Shown: positions 17,816-26,018 of the stretch, one piece after another
Position numbering within the stretch: the stretch's first letter is position 1
Layout: each line of letters starts with the position of its first letter
Assembly (NCBI GenBank): GCA_046329105.1
Contig: JAXLVH010000004.1
Location: 29,938-93,937 of the forward strand
Direction of reading: 5' to 3'
Source of the DNA: Flavobacteriales bacterium
Lineage (GTDB): Bacteria > Bacteroidota > Bacteroidia > Flavobacteriales_F > PHOS-HE28
Length of the DNA: 64,000 nt
Program-made: the position numbers and the translations under genes
The notes under the pieces: generated by a model
Databases searched by the model: none
What the model was told of the DNA's origin: nothing
The model's input: only the letters and a program-made list of their open reading frames with translations

Positions 17816-19848
17816 ACCTCCGTCGCACGGCCCTTTTCATATTGCTCTTGGCCGCGCAAGCCCACGGCCAGGACCGTGCGCTCGACTCCCTCAGGAGCGC
17901 GCTCGACACCACCAGGCAGGACACCACGCAGCTTCGCACCCTGGTGAGGTTCTCGCAGATCGCCTCCCTCTCCAGCCCCGACACGGTGTACGCCCGGTTC
18001 ATGGCCAGGTTGATCGGCAAGCTGGAACAGGATCCGGCTGCCTCGGTAAGGGCGGTCGCGGAGGAAGCGAAGTTCAATTGGCTCATCTGGAAGGGCCAGA
18101 TGCGGCGGCGTGTATCGGACTATCGCGGCGCCGTGCGCATGTTCGAAGAGGCTGGTCGACTGGCCGAAGCGCGGGCCGACACCGCTCGCCTCCTGGACTA
18201 CGAGATGGAACTGGGTGACCTCTACGGGCGGATCAACGATACGATCACCGGCTTGCGACATGGCTATCGCGCGATGGAATACGCCATTGCGTTGGGCGAT
18301 AGCGCGCTGGCGGCGCGGATCCTTTTCGGTGTGGCCCGCTTCGATACTTCACGCGTCCGCCTCCTTTCATCTCTGGAATACGTCGATGCGTACGCGAAGA
18401 AGGCCCGATGGGAGAACAACGCTGGCTACTACGCCGCTCGTGGATGGATGCTGCAAGCTCACGGTGAACATGACCAGGCCATCGCCAACCTGGAACGGGC
18501 CGATAGCCTGTTGTCGGATCCCGATAGCCGGATGATCGCCCTGTACGCCTGGTTCCTTGGCGAAGCATATCTGAGCGTTGGTCGATCGGATGACGCCATT
18601 GCATCGTTCCGGCGTGCGCTCTCCGCTGCTGAACGCCATGGGATCAATGGATGGCACGCAGGCTGCGCCTTGGCATTGGGTTCCGAACTGAAGAGAACAG
18701 GTGACCAAGCCGGGGCCGAAGCGGCATGGTTGGATGCCTTGGCGCACGCGCGCCTCGGGAATTTCCCGGACCACAAGCTCACCGCGCTGGGCCACTTGAA
18801 AGACCTGTACACGGATCAACACCGCTATCGAGAGGCTTTGGAGACCACGGCACAATGGCTGGTGCTGAAGGACAGCTCGAACGTGGATGAAGCACGCAAG
18901 GACCTGCTACGTCTTGAATTTGGCACCGAGCAACGGGCGGACAGTCTGCAATTTGCACTTGAGCGTCAGGAAGCCTCGCGGGTTGTCGCACAGGAACGTA
19001 CCCGTCGCAACATTTTCCTTTTCTCTGGGATCGGCTTGCTGGCCTTCGGAGTGGTCGTATTCCGCCAGCGCAACCGGATCAGCAAGGCGCGCAAGCGCAG
19101 CGACGAATTGCTGTTGAACATCCTGCCGGAGGAAGTCGCGGAGGAATTGAAGGACACCGGTGCCGCACAAGCAAAACACTTCGATACGGCCACCATCCTC
19201 TTCACCGACTTCAAGGGTTTTACCCAGTTGAGCGAGAAGGTGACACCCGCCGAACTGGTCGCGGAACTGAACACCTGCTTCAAGGAGTTCGATCTGCTCA
19301 TGACCAAGTACCGCATCGAGAAGATCAAGACCATCGGCGACGCCTACATGGCCGCCGGTGGATTGCCCGATCCGCAGCATGGCTCACCGGCCGACGTAGT
19401 GCGCGCAGCCTTGGAGATGCAGGACTTCATGAAGCGCCATAAGGCCGAACGCGAAGCCGCTGGCAAGCCGTTCTTCGAGATGCGCGTGGGCATCCACACC
19501 GGCCCCGTAGTCGCCGGCATTGTGGGCGTGAAGAAATTCCAGTACGACATCTGGGGCGATACGGTGAACACGGCCAGCCGCATGGAGAGCAGCGGCGAGG
19601 TAGGGCAGGTCAATATCAGCGAGGCGACCTATGCGTTGGTGAAGGATGCGAAGAAGGTGAATGGCGAATGGTCAATAGTGAATGGGGGATCCACCCATTC
19701 ACCAACTCCCATTCACCATTCGCCCGCAACGGCCCATTCACCATTCACCAACTCCCATTCACCCGCATTCGTATTCACCCCGCGCGGCAAGGTGCAGGCC
19801 AAGGGCAAGGGGGAACTGGAGATGTATTTCGTGGAGCGCAAGGCTTGA
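17812..19848 (+). CDS. Membrane-anchored class III adenylate cyclase with periplasmic TPR-like sensor (tandem paralog 2)
   Basis: Start MNLRRTALFILLLAAQAHGQ overlaps the upstream stop (ATGA). Same architecture and the same in-frame insert. Confidence 0.8.
   Translation: MNLRRTALFILLLAAQAHGQDRALDSLRSALDTTRQDTTQLRTLVRFSQIASLSSPDTVYARFMARLIGKLEQDPAASVRAVAEEAKFNWLIWKGQMRRRVSDYRGAVRMFEEAGRLAEARADTARLLDYEMELGDLYGRINDTITGLRHGYRAMEYAIALGDSALAARILFGVARFDTSRVRLLSSLEYVDAYAKKARWENNAGYYAARGWMLQAHGEHDQAIANLERADSLLSDPDSRMIALYAWFLGEAYLSVGRSDDAIASFRRALSAAERHGINGWHAGCALALGSELKRTGDQAGAEAAWLDALAHARLGNFPDHKLTALGHLKDLYTDQHRYREALETTAQWLVLKDSSNVDEARKDLLRLEFGTEQRADSLQFALERQEASRVVAQERTRRNIFLFSGIGLLAFGVVVFRQRNRISKARKRSDELLLNILPEEVAEELKDTGAAQAKHFDTATILFTDFKGFTQLSEKVTPAELVAELNTCFKEFDLLMTKYRIEKIKTIGDAYMAAGGLPDPQHGSPADVVRAALEMQDFMKRHKAEREAAGKPFFEMRVGIHTGPVVAGIVGVKKFQYDIWGDTVNTASRMESSGEVGQVNISEATYALVKDAKKVNGEWSIVNGGSTHSPTPIHHSPATAHSPFTNSHSPAFVFTPRGKVQAKGKGELEMYFVERKA
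19657..19779. repeat. Palindromic in-frame element, copy 3
   Basis: Near-identical DNA to copies 1 and 2 (one GAT->ATT type difference). Lies just upstream of menA. Confidence 0.8.
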
Positions 19849-19883
19849 AGACGGTCGTGCGCGTTGGTGTTCCTTTGCCCGGC

Positions 19884-20774
19884 ATGAAGCACTGGCTCCA
19901 CGCCTTCCGCCTGCGCACACTTCCGCTCGCGGTGAGCAGCATTCTGGTTGGAAGTGCACTCGCCTCTTTCCACGGTGCGTTCCATTGGCCCGTGCTGGCG
20001 TTTGCCCTGCTGACCGCGGTGTTGTTGCAGATCCTCAGCAACCTGGCCAACGACCTGGGCGACCACCAGCACGGTACGGACAACGTGGAGCGCATCGGCC
20101 CGCAACGTGCGGTGCAGAGCGGGGCGATCGCCCCGGACATCATGAAGCGCGGCATGCTGGTGTGCGGATCCCTGGCCTTCCTGAGTGGCTGCGCATTGAT
20201 CACGGTGGCGCTCGGCTTCACATGGGGCGCCCTGATCTTCCTGCTGCTCGGTCTGCTCGCCATCGGTGCCGCGGTGAAGTACACCTTCGGGAAGGATCCG
20301 TACGGCTACGCCGGGTATGGCGACGCGAGTGTGTTCCTGTTTTTCGGTATTGTCGGAGTATGTGGAACCTTCTGCCTCCACACCCGCGTGTTCTTCCCGG
20401 CCGTGCTGCTGCCGGCGGTGGCCTTCGGGCTGTTGAGCACGGGTGTGCTCAACGTGAACAACATGCGCGACATCGCCAACGATGCGGCCAGTGGAAAGCG
20501 CACGCTGGTGGTGCGCATGGGCGGTGCCAACGCCAGGGTGTACCACACCTTGCTCGTGCTGGGTGGGATCGCCGGACTTGTCGGCTTCGCGGTGTTCACC
20601 CGGGATCGGTCAACCTTGCTGCCTTTGCTTGCCGCACCGGTTTTTCTCTGGCATCTTCGCCAGGTCTGGACGAACACGGAACCCCGGTTGTTGGATCCCC
20701 AGTTGAAAGTACTGGCCTTGGGCACCTTCCTCACCGCGCTGCTGTTCGCCGCAGGTCTCATCTTCGCGGCATGA
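19884..20774 (+). CDS. menA: 1,4-dihydroxy-2-naphthoate polyprenyltransferase
   Basis: ~296 aa polytopic UbiA-family protein (MKHWLHAFRLRTLPLAVSSILVGSAL...NDLGDHQHGTDN...). The upstream part of ORF 19668 overlaps the cyclase 3' end and is rejected. Confidence 0.8.
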   Translation: MKHWLHAFRLRTLPLAVSSILVGSALASFHGAFHWPVLAFALLTAVLLQILSNLANDLGDHQHGTDNVERIGPQRAVQSGAIAPDIMKRGMLVCGSLAFLSGCALITVALGFTWGALIFLLLGLLAIGAAVKYTFGKDPYGYAGYGDASVFLFFGIVGVCGTFCLHTRVFFPAVLLPAVAFGLLSTGVLNVNNMRDIANDAASGKRTLVVRMGGANARVYHTLLVLGGIAGLVGFAVFTRDRSTLLPLLAAPVFLWHLRQVWTNTEPRLLDPQLKVLALGTFLTALLFAAGLIFAA

Positions 20775-21826
20775 TGCAGGCAGCTTGGAAAGAGGTCCAT
20801 CTTACACCCCGGTTCCCGTTGGGCACCTCGAAAGGCACCATCACCTCGCGCACGCTGTGGTACCTGATCGCTTGGGATCCGGCTCGGCCGGGGATCAAGG
20901 GCATTGGCGAGGCCGCGCTGTTCCCCGGTCATAGCAAGGAGTTCCCCGCCGATGTGCGTGTGAAGCTGATGGAGCTGTGCACGAACACGTCCGACTGGAC
21001 GGACCGGCTGACCGGCGATCTGGTGGATCGGCCCAGTGTGCGGTTCGCCGTGGAGCAATGCCTGAAGGACCTCGACGCGGGTGGCAGCAAGGTGCTCTTC
21101 CCATCGGACTTCACGCTGGGGCGGAAGGGCGTGCCCATCAACGGGCTCGTATGGATGGGCGACAAGGCGAGGATGCGGGCGGACATCCGATCGCGCATCG
21201 ACACCGGTTTTTCCACCGTGAAGATGAAGATCGGCGCCCTTGCCATTGAAGAGGAGCTCGCGTTGTTGGCGGATGTGCGGCGTGAGTTCGGCGCCGGGAA
21301 CATCACCCTGCGGGTGGACGCGAACGGTGCATTCGACGCGCATACTGCACCTGAGGTATTGAAGCGCTTGGCGGACCTGCGGGTGGAGAGTATCGAGCAG
21401 CCGGTACCGCCGGGCTTGTATGAGCTGATGGCCGAACTGTGCGTCGCATCGCCACTGCCGATCGCGCTGGACGAGGACCTGATCGGCCTGAACACGGTAC
21501 AGGCCAAGCGCGACCTGCTGGACAACGTGCGGCCGCAGCGCATCGTGATCAAGCCCGGCCTGGTGGGCGGATGGACAGCGGCCGAGGAGTGGATCGCACT
21601 GGCCGATGCGCGCGGCATCGGCTGGTGGGTCACCAGTGCGCTGGAGAGCAACATCGGGCTGAACGCCATCGCCCAATGGGCGGCCATGATCGGCGTGAAA
21701 GGCACACAGGGCCTGGGCACCGGGAGTGTGTTCCTGGACAACATCCCCGCGCCGCTCGAGGTGGAGCGTGGTGCCCTGCACTACCGTCCCGAGCGGCCAT
21801 GGGACCTGTCCCGCATCATCGACTGA
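20771..21826 (+). CDS. menC: o-succinylbenzoate synthase (enolase superfamily)
   Basis: 351 aa. ATG overlaps the menA stop (GCATGATG). MR/MLE-type fold motifs (KMKIG, IEQP, LDEDL..KPGLVGG). Confidence 0.75.
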   Translation: MMQAAWKEVHLTPRFPLGTSKGTITSRTLWYLIAWDPARPGIKGIGEAALFPGHSKEFPADVRVKLMELCTNTSDWTDRLTGDLVDRPSVRFAVEQCLKDLDAGGSKVLFPSDFTLGRKGVPINGLVWMGDKARMRADIRSRIDTGFSTVKMKIGALAIEEELALLADVRREFGAGNITLRVDANGAFDAHTAPEVLKRLADLRVESIEQPVPPGLYELMAELCVASPLPIALDEDLIGLNTVQAKRDLLDNVRPQRIVIKPGLVGGWTAAEEWIALADARGIGWWVTSALESNIGLNAIAQWAAMIGVKGTQGLGTGSVFLDNIPAPLEVERGALHYRPERPWDLSRIID

Positions 21827-21832
21827 CCCGGG

Positions 21833-22945
21833 TTGCCCACCGTGATGTCGACCGGACCGGACACTTTCAACAGGCTCACCGTGGATGGGATCACCCGGCG
21901 CGGCCCGGAGATGCTGCGCTGGGCGGATGAGCTCGTGGAACGCCACGGCTCGGCATCCTGGGCTCTGGACCTGCGGGCCACATTGGCGAGGCTCATGGCC
22001 GATGGTTCGATCGACGTGCGCACGAGCGGGACCACAGGCGCACCGCGCGCTTTCCGATCCGGCATCCAGGATATCCTGGCGAGCGTTGCTCTGACACGGG
22101 ATGCGTTCGGCCTCGTTGAAGGGGACCGCGCGCTTCTCTGCGTGCCGTCCGGATTCGTGGCCGGGAAAATGATGCTGGCCCGGGCCATGGTGCTGGGCCT
22201 CGACCTGCACGTGATCGATCCCCAAGGGGGTGTACTGAACAACCTGCGCACAACGGATCGTTTCCGGTTCGCGGCCATGATCCCGCTGCAGTTGCATACC
22301 GCGTTGATGCACGATCGGGCCCGCATCGACGAACAGTTCGATACCATCCTGTTGGGAGGCGGCCCGGTGAGCGACGGCCTGGTGGCCATGCTCCGGGGTA
22401 TGCGTACACGCATCGTGCTGGGCTATGCCAGCACGGAGACGCTCACGCATGTGGCGTTGCGTCCGTTGAACGGCCCGGATGCCTCGGACGTGTACACCGC
22501 GCAACGCGATGTCACCTTCGCATCAGGCGGGCAAGGATGCCTGGTGGTGAGGACCCCGCATCTTTCGGTGAAGGAGCATGTGACCAACGACGCCGTCGAG
22601 GTGTTGGACGAACGGCACATGCGCTGGCTGGGCCGGCTCGACCATGTGATCCTGAGTGGTGGCCGCAAGATCCATCCCGAACGGCTGGAGGCCACTACGG
22701 AAGGTATTATTCCGATCCCGCACTTCTTCGCCGCACTGCCGGACGAACGTTTGGGTCAGGCGGTAGTGCTTGTGCTGGAAACCGGGGCTCCCGGCAGCGC
22801 ACCATCGATGGAACTGATGGAACGGATCAATGCCGCGCTGCACGAGCACGACCGCCCACGCCGGGTGATCACGCTGCGCAGCTTCATCAGAACGGGCACA
22901 GGAAAAGTGGACCGCAACAGCACATTGGCGTTGGCGGTGGGCTGA
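21833..22945 (+). CDS. menE: o-succinylbenzoate--CoA ligase (short AMP-binding enzyme)
   Basis: 370 aa. AMP-binding P-loop TSGTTGAPR, YASTE, C-terminal GKVDR. Position after menC. Confidence 0.7.
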   Translation: MPTVMSTGPDTFNRLTVDGITRRGPEMLRWADELVERHGSASWALDLRATLARLMADGSIDVRTSGTTGAPRAFRSGIQDILASVALTRDAFGLVEGDRALLCVPSGFVAGKMMLARAMVLGLDLHVIDPQGGVLNNLRTTDRFRFAAMIPLQLHTALMHDRARIDEQFDTILLGGGPVSDGLVAMLRGMRTRIVLGYASTETLTHVALRPLNGPDASDVYTAQRDVTFASGGQGCLVVRTPHLSVKEHVTNDAVEVLDERHMRWLGRLDHVILSGGRKIHPERLEATTEGIIPIPHFFAALPDERLGQAVVLVLETGAPGSAPSMELMERINAALHEHDRPRRVITLRSFIRTGTGKVDRNSTLALAVG

Positions 22946-22960
22946 GCAGGGCTCGTGATC

Positions 22961-23107
22961 CTACTTGCCCAGGATCTTGAACATGCCCGTGCCGCACTTG
23001 GTGCACGTGCCCTTCATGGCCTTGCGGCCGTTCGCCATCGTGTTCTCTTTGGCGTCCTTCATCTCACGTTTCGCCTTGCACTTCACGCAGTATCCTTCAA
23101 CGGCCAT
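22961..23107 (-). CDS. Small Cys-rich zinc-ribbon-like protein (DUF5679-like), 48 aa
   Basis: Not in ORF track (<60 aa). Translation MAVEGYCVKCKAKREMKDAKENTMANGRKAMKGTCTKCGTGMFKILGK with CxxC...CxxC. Confidence 0.55.
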   Translation of the reverse strand: MAVEGYCVKCKAKREMKDAKENTMANGRKAMKGTCTKCGTGMFKILGK

Positions 23108-23244
23108 GGTTCACTTCGGGTGTTGTTCCGCCGGATCCGGACGCGTTGCCGGAGCCGATGGATGGTTGGTTCGGAGCCAATGTAGGCGCGTATTCGACCG
23201 GAACGGTGCATGTGTGCCGGCAGTTGTCAACAATGACTGTGCGT

Positions 23245-23700
23245 TCACGCCAGGTCGTGCTCCATGTCCACGTGTGCGATCCCGTCCCACAGATAGGATC
23301 CGCCCACGGCGCGGAAACCGAAGGAGTTGTAGAAGCCCACCAGGTATTCCTGTGCGGCCAGCGCACTGCGACGGCTGCCGTACAACATTTCCAAGGCCGC
23401 CATCGTGCGGTGCATCAGGGCGCGCCCGAGTTGCTGGCCGCGGTGTTCCGGGTGAACGACCACGCGTCCGATGTGTGGAAGCCCATCCCCGTGCGGCGGA
23501 AGAATGCGCGCGTAGGCGACCAGTCCACCATCACCCGCTTGTCCCATCACATGGACGGCCTCCGTGTCCTGCCCGTCCACCTCGGCGTACACGCAGCGTT
23601 GCTCCACCACGAACACGTCCACGCGCAGGCGCAGGATGTCGTGGACCTCAGAACCAGTAAGCTCGGAGAAATGTTTCGTGTGCCAGGTGATCGTATGCAT
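23245..23700 (-). CDS. GNAT-family N-acetyltransferase
   Basis: 151 aa. Acetyl-CoA binding motif A region (RVVVHPEHRGQQLGRALM) and ...YNSFGF. Confidence 0.8.
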   Translation of the reverse strand: MHTITWHTKHFSELTGSEVHDILRLRVDVFVVEQRCVYAEVDGQDTEAVHVMGQAGDGGLVAYARILPPHGDGLPHIGRVVVHPEHRGQQLGRALMHRTMAALEMLYGSRRSALAAQEYLVGFYNSFGFRAVGGSYLWDGIAHVDMEHDLA

Positions 23701-23859
23701 ACGGGATATCCCGGTCGGGTCTGCGGTTCGTTCGGTGGCCCCGAGCGGTCATCAGCTCCGCGCTGACCGGACCGGTTCCGGTGGAATGTCGCAGTGGGCA
23801 CAAGGTATGGGGATGTGCAGGTGCCTTGGTGAGTTACGCGCCCGGCTTGAAGAACCCCT

Positions 23860-24200
23860 TCACCCTTGCCACGTTGAGTGACCTTGTCCTGACGAAGGAA
23901 GGGCCGAAGCGCCCATACACTGCCACGCTGAGCCTGCCGAAGCAGTAGCCAATGCCATGCACGCTCCTCTGCAGTGTCACGCTGAGCTTGCCGAAGCGCC
24001 CATGTTCTGTCACGCTGAGCACCTCGAAGTACCACCAGGCAATTGCCGCACTGATTTCAACGGATCGGGTCTGAGCCGTTCTGTGGTGTACAGCGCTTCG
24101 GCGCGCTCAGCGTGACAGCTCATAAAAATCCCCAAAGCTGTGTCACGCTGAGCCTGCCGAAGCGCTACCATACTCCTCACGACTGTCACGCTGAGCGCAT
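23860..24200. repeat. Array of degenerate ~27-bp TGTCACGCTGAGC(N)TGCCGAAGCGC repeats with ~25-110 bp variable spacers (hairpin/REP-like family), locus A
   Basis: At least 6 copies in both orientations. Includes a long imperfect palindrome (TGTCACGCTGAGC...GCTCAGCGTGACA spanning ~24009-24118). Confidence 0.8.
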
Positions 24201-24292
24201 TGACCCGTCCTATTCTGGGTTTACAGGTTTAGGGTTGTGTCCGAAGATAGGTTTACAGTTGCGATGATGACCTGGCCTAGGTTTACAGCAGG
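24201..24292 (-). mobile_element. Truncated right-end fragment (92 bp) of the same IS3-family element, inverted orientation
   Basis: Reverse complement matches 1481-1577 of the complete IS (TGACCCGTCCTA(T/A)TCTGGGTTTACAGGTTTAGGGTTGTGTCCGAAGATAGGTTTACAG...GGTTTACAGCAGG, ~90% identity). Similarity stops exactly at the ATG of the downstream gene. Confidence 0.85.
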
Positions 24293-25978
24293 ATGAGAAC
24301 CGCTATCCTACTACTGATCTGCTGTGCCCTGTTCGTAACACAGCGCATTAGCGCACAAGTCATTGATTGGCTCCATCACTATGGCGAACCCGGGGGATTG
24401 CGGGTTTCGGGGGGCTTCAGACTTGCCGCCGATGGAGAAGGCCATGTCTTCGCAGCCGGGGAATTTTTTGGATCGGATTTTGACCTCGGCGGTGTGCAGT
24501 TCGTCTCGGATGATGATGACTGGGCGCTCTTGAAGTATGACGCGGCCGGCAACCTTCTTTGGGCTCGCCACATACTGAGCACTTGTTGGTACAGCGATCT
24601 CGTGGATATACGCGACTTGGACTATGATCCGGTAAATGAGCAGATCGTGGTGACGGGATATTACAGCGCACCGCAACAGTTCCCGATCGACACATTGTGG
24701 GGGGGCTGTTTGGAGGAGTCGTACTTCGGCTTCGTGGTCTGCTTCGATACGGAGGGGAACACTCTATGGGCGAAGCAGATCACCGGAGGCCAGATCTCCA
24801 TAATGGAGACATCCATTGCGAGTGACGGATCCGTGCATGTGTTCGGTATTTCGCGATACGGAAGCGCCACATTCCAAGAATCACCTATCCTGAGCACCCC
24901 GCAAGGCAGTTTCCATGCGGTGTACTCCTCCACGGGAATGCTGAATAGTGCGCAACACCTGAGCGGCTCGGCCGTTGATGTGTACGGAGGCGCCGTTTGT
25001 GCGGACGGTAGTTTGGTGCTCTGTGGCTGGATAAAGCAGGCCGGTAGCATACTCGGCGAGCCATTCGCACCCAGCGAGGGTGATACAGCCGCGTTTGTTT
25101 TGAAGAGCGACACCTCGGGAAGCAACATTGATTGGATAGATGTACTTCCTTCAACAGCTTCGGCCTCCACTGGGAAGTGCATCATCCTGCCCAATGGACC
25201 GATCATCATTGCCGGCGGATTCCAAGACGATGTCATTGTGCAGTCCGACACGCTTCAATCCCCTGCGGGCATCTCCAACGGATTCATTACCGCAATTCAA
25301 CTCGATGGCGAGATCCGTTGGGTGCGACAGCTGGAGTCTACCGGAGTTGGGGGTTACGCATCCGCCCTTGATTATGATGGTGCGGACCAATTGTATCTTT
25401 CCACAGGGTACACTGGTGAAATGCGGTTGGGCGGCACCATTGAGCTTCCCTCGGTCGCCCAACGGAATGGGTTGATCGCACGCATCGACACCCTCGGGAA
25501 TTGGCAGGCCGCGTGCGTCATGGGAGGCACCTACCGTGGTAACTTCGTGTCCATTGGCCCAGATGGTCTCTTCTTCTCGTGTGGATATGACTCCACTTGG
25601 ACCATGGGGACCACCACCGTACCGTATCCAGTAGGATCCAACGAACTGTACCGTACCTTCCTCATCATTGGCAAGCTTGACAGCCTCAGCGGCTTCACAG
25701 GCATCAGCACGATGCCCCTGCAACAGGAAGGCGGCCTGCACATCTACGCCAACCCCAACAAGGGCACCTGCACCATCGACCTGCCGGATCAATTGCAGCT
25801 CACCCCTGGTCTGGTGCTCAATATTGTGGACCAGAACGGGCAACTGGTGCAACGGGTCCCGGTGGTGTACAGCCCCCAAGGCGTAGCCATCGACATACGC
25901 GCCCAGGCCAGAGGCATCTACCACGTGGAACTGAGCGATGGGCGGCAGCGCTACACGGGAAAGATCGTGTTCGAGTAG
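24293..25978 (+). CDS. Secreted beta-propeller repeat (SBBP-like) protein with T9SS C-terminal sorting domain
   Basis: 561 aa. Signal peptide. Repeated ...GN.LWA...G...D..Y units. C-terminal HIYANPNKGTCTIDL...GKIVFE type-A CTD. Confidence 0.7.
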   Translation: MRTAILLLICCALFVTQRISAQVIDWLHHYGEPGGLRVSGGFRLAADGEGHVFAAGEFFGSDFDLGGVQFVSDDDDWALLKYDAAGNLLWARHILSTCWYSDLVDIRDLDYDPVNEQIVVTGYYSAPQQFPIDTLWGGCLEESYFGFVVCFDTEGNTLWAKQITGGQISIMETSIASDGSVHVFGISRYGSATFQESPILSTPQGSFHAVYSSTGMLNSAQHLSGSAVDVYGGAVCADGSLVLCGWIKQAGSILGEPFAPSEGDTAAFVLKSDTSGSNIDWIDVLPSTASASTGKCIILPNGPIIIAGGFQDDVIVQSDTLQSPAGISNGFITAIQLDGEIRWVRQLESTGVGGYASALDYDGADQLYLSTGYTGEMRLGGTIELPSVAQRNGLIARIDTLGNWQAACVMGGTYRGNFVSIGPDGLFFSCGYDSTWTMGTTTVPYPVGSNELYRTFLIIGKLDSLSGFTGISTMPLQQEGGLHIYANPNKGTCTIDLPDQLQLTPGLVLNIVDQNGQLVQRVPVVYSPQGVAIDIRAQARGIYHVELSDGRQRYTGKIVFE

Positions 25979-26018
25979 ATCGACCATCGTATCATTTGCT
26001 CAGCAGGATCCCAAAGTC

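Noticed and set aside
8964-19848. Cyclase cluster as a Pycsar/CBASS-type anti-phage system
   Set aside because: The cyclases are sensor-fused class III adenylate cyclases with ATP-type specificity residues and periplasmic input domains. No effector (TIR, TM, nuclease or cNMP-binding) genes are adjacent.
163-24292. Composite transposon bounded by IS copies
   Set aside because: The complete IS has its own 3-bp TSD (simple insertion) and the intervening DNA carries core menaquinone genes. Only an inversion or recombination substrate is supported.
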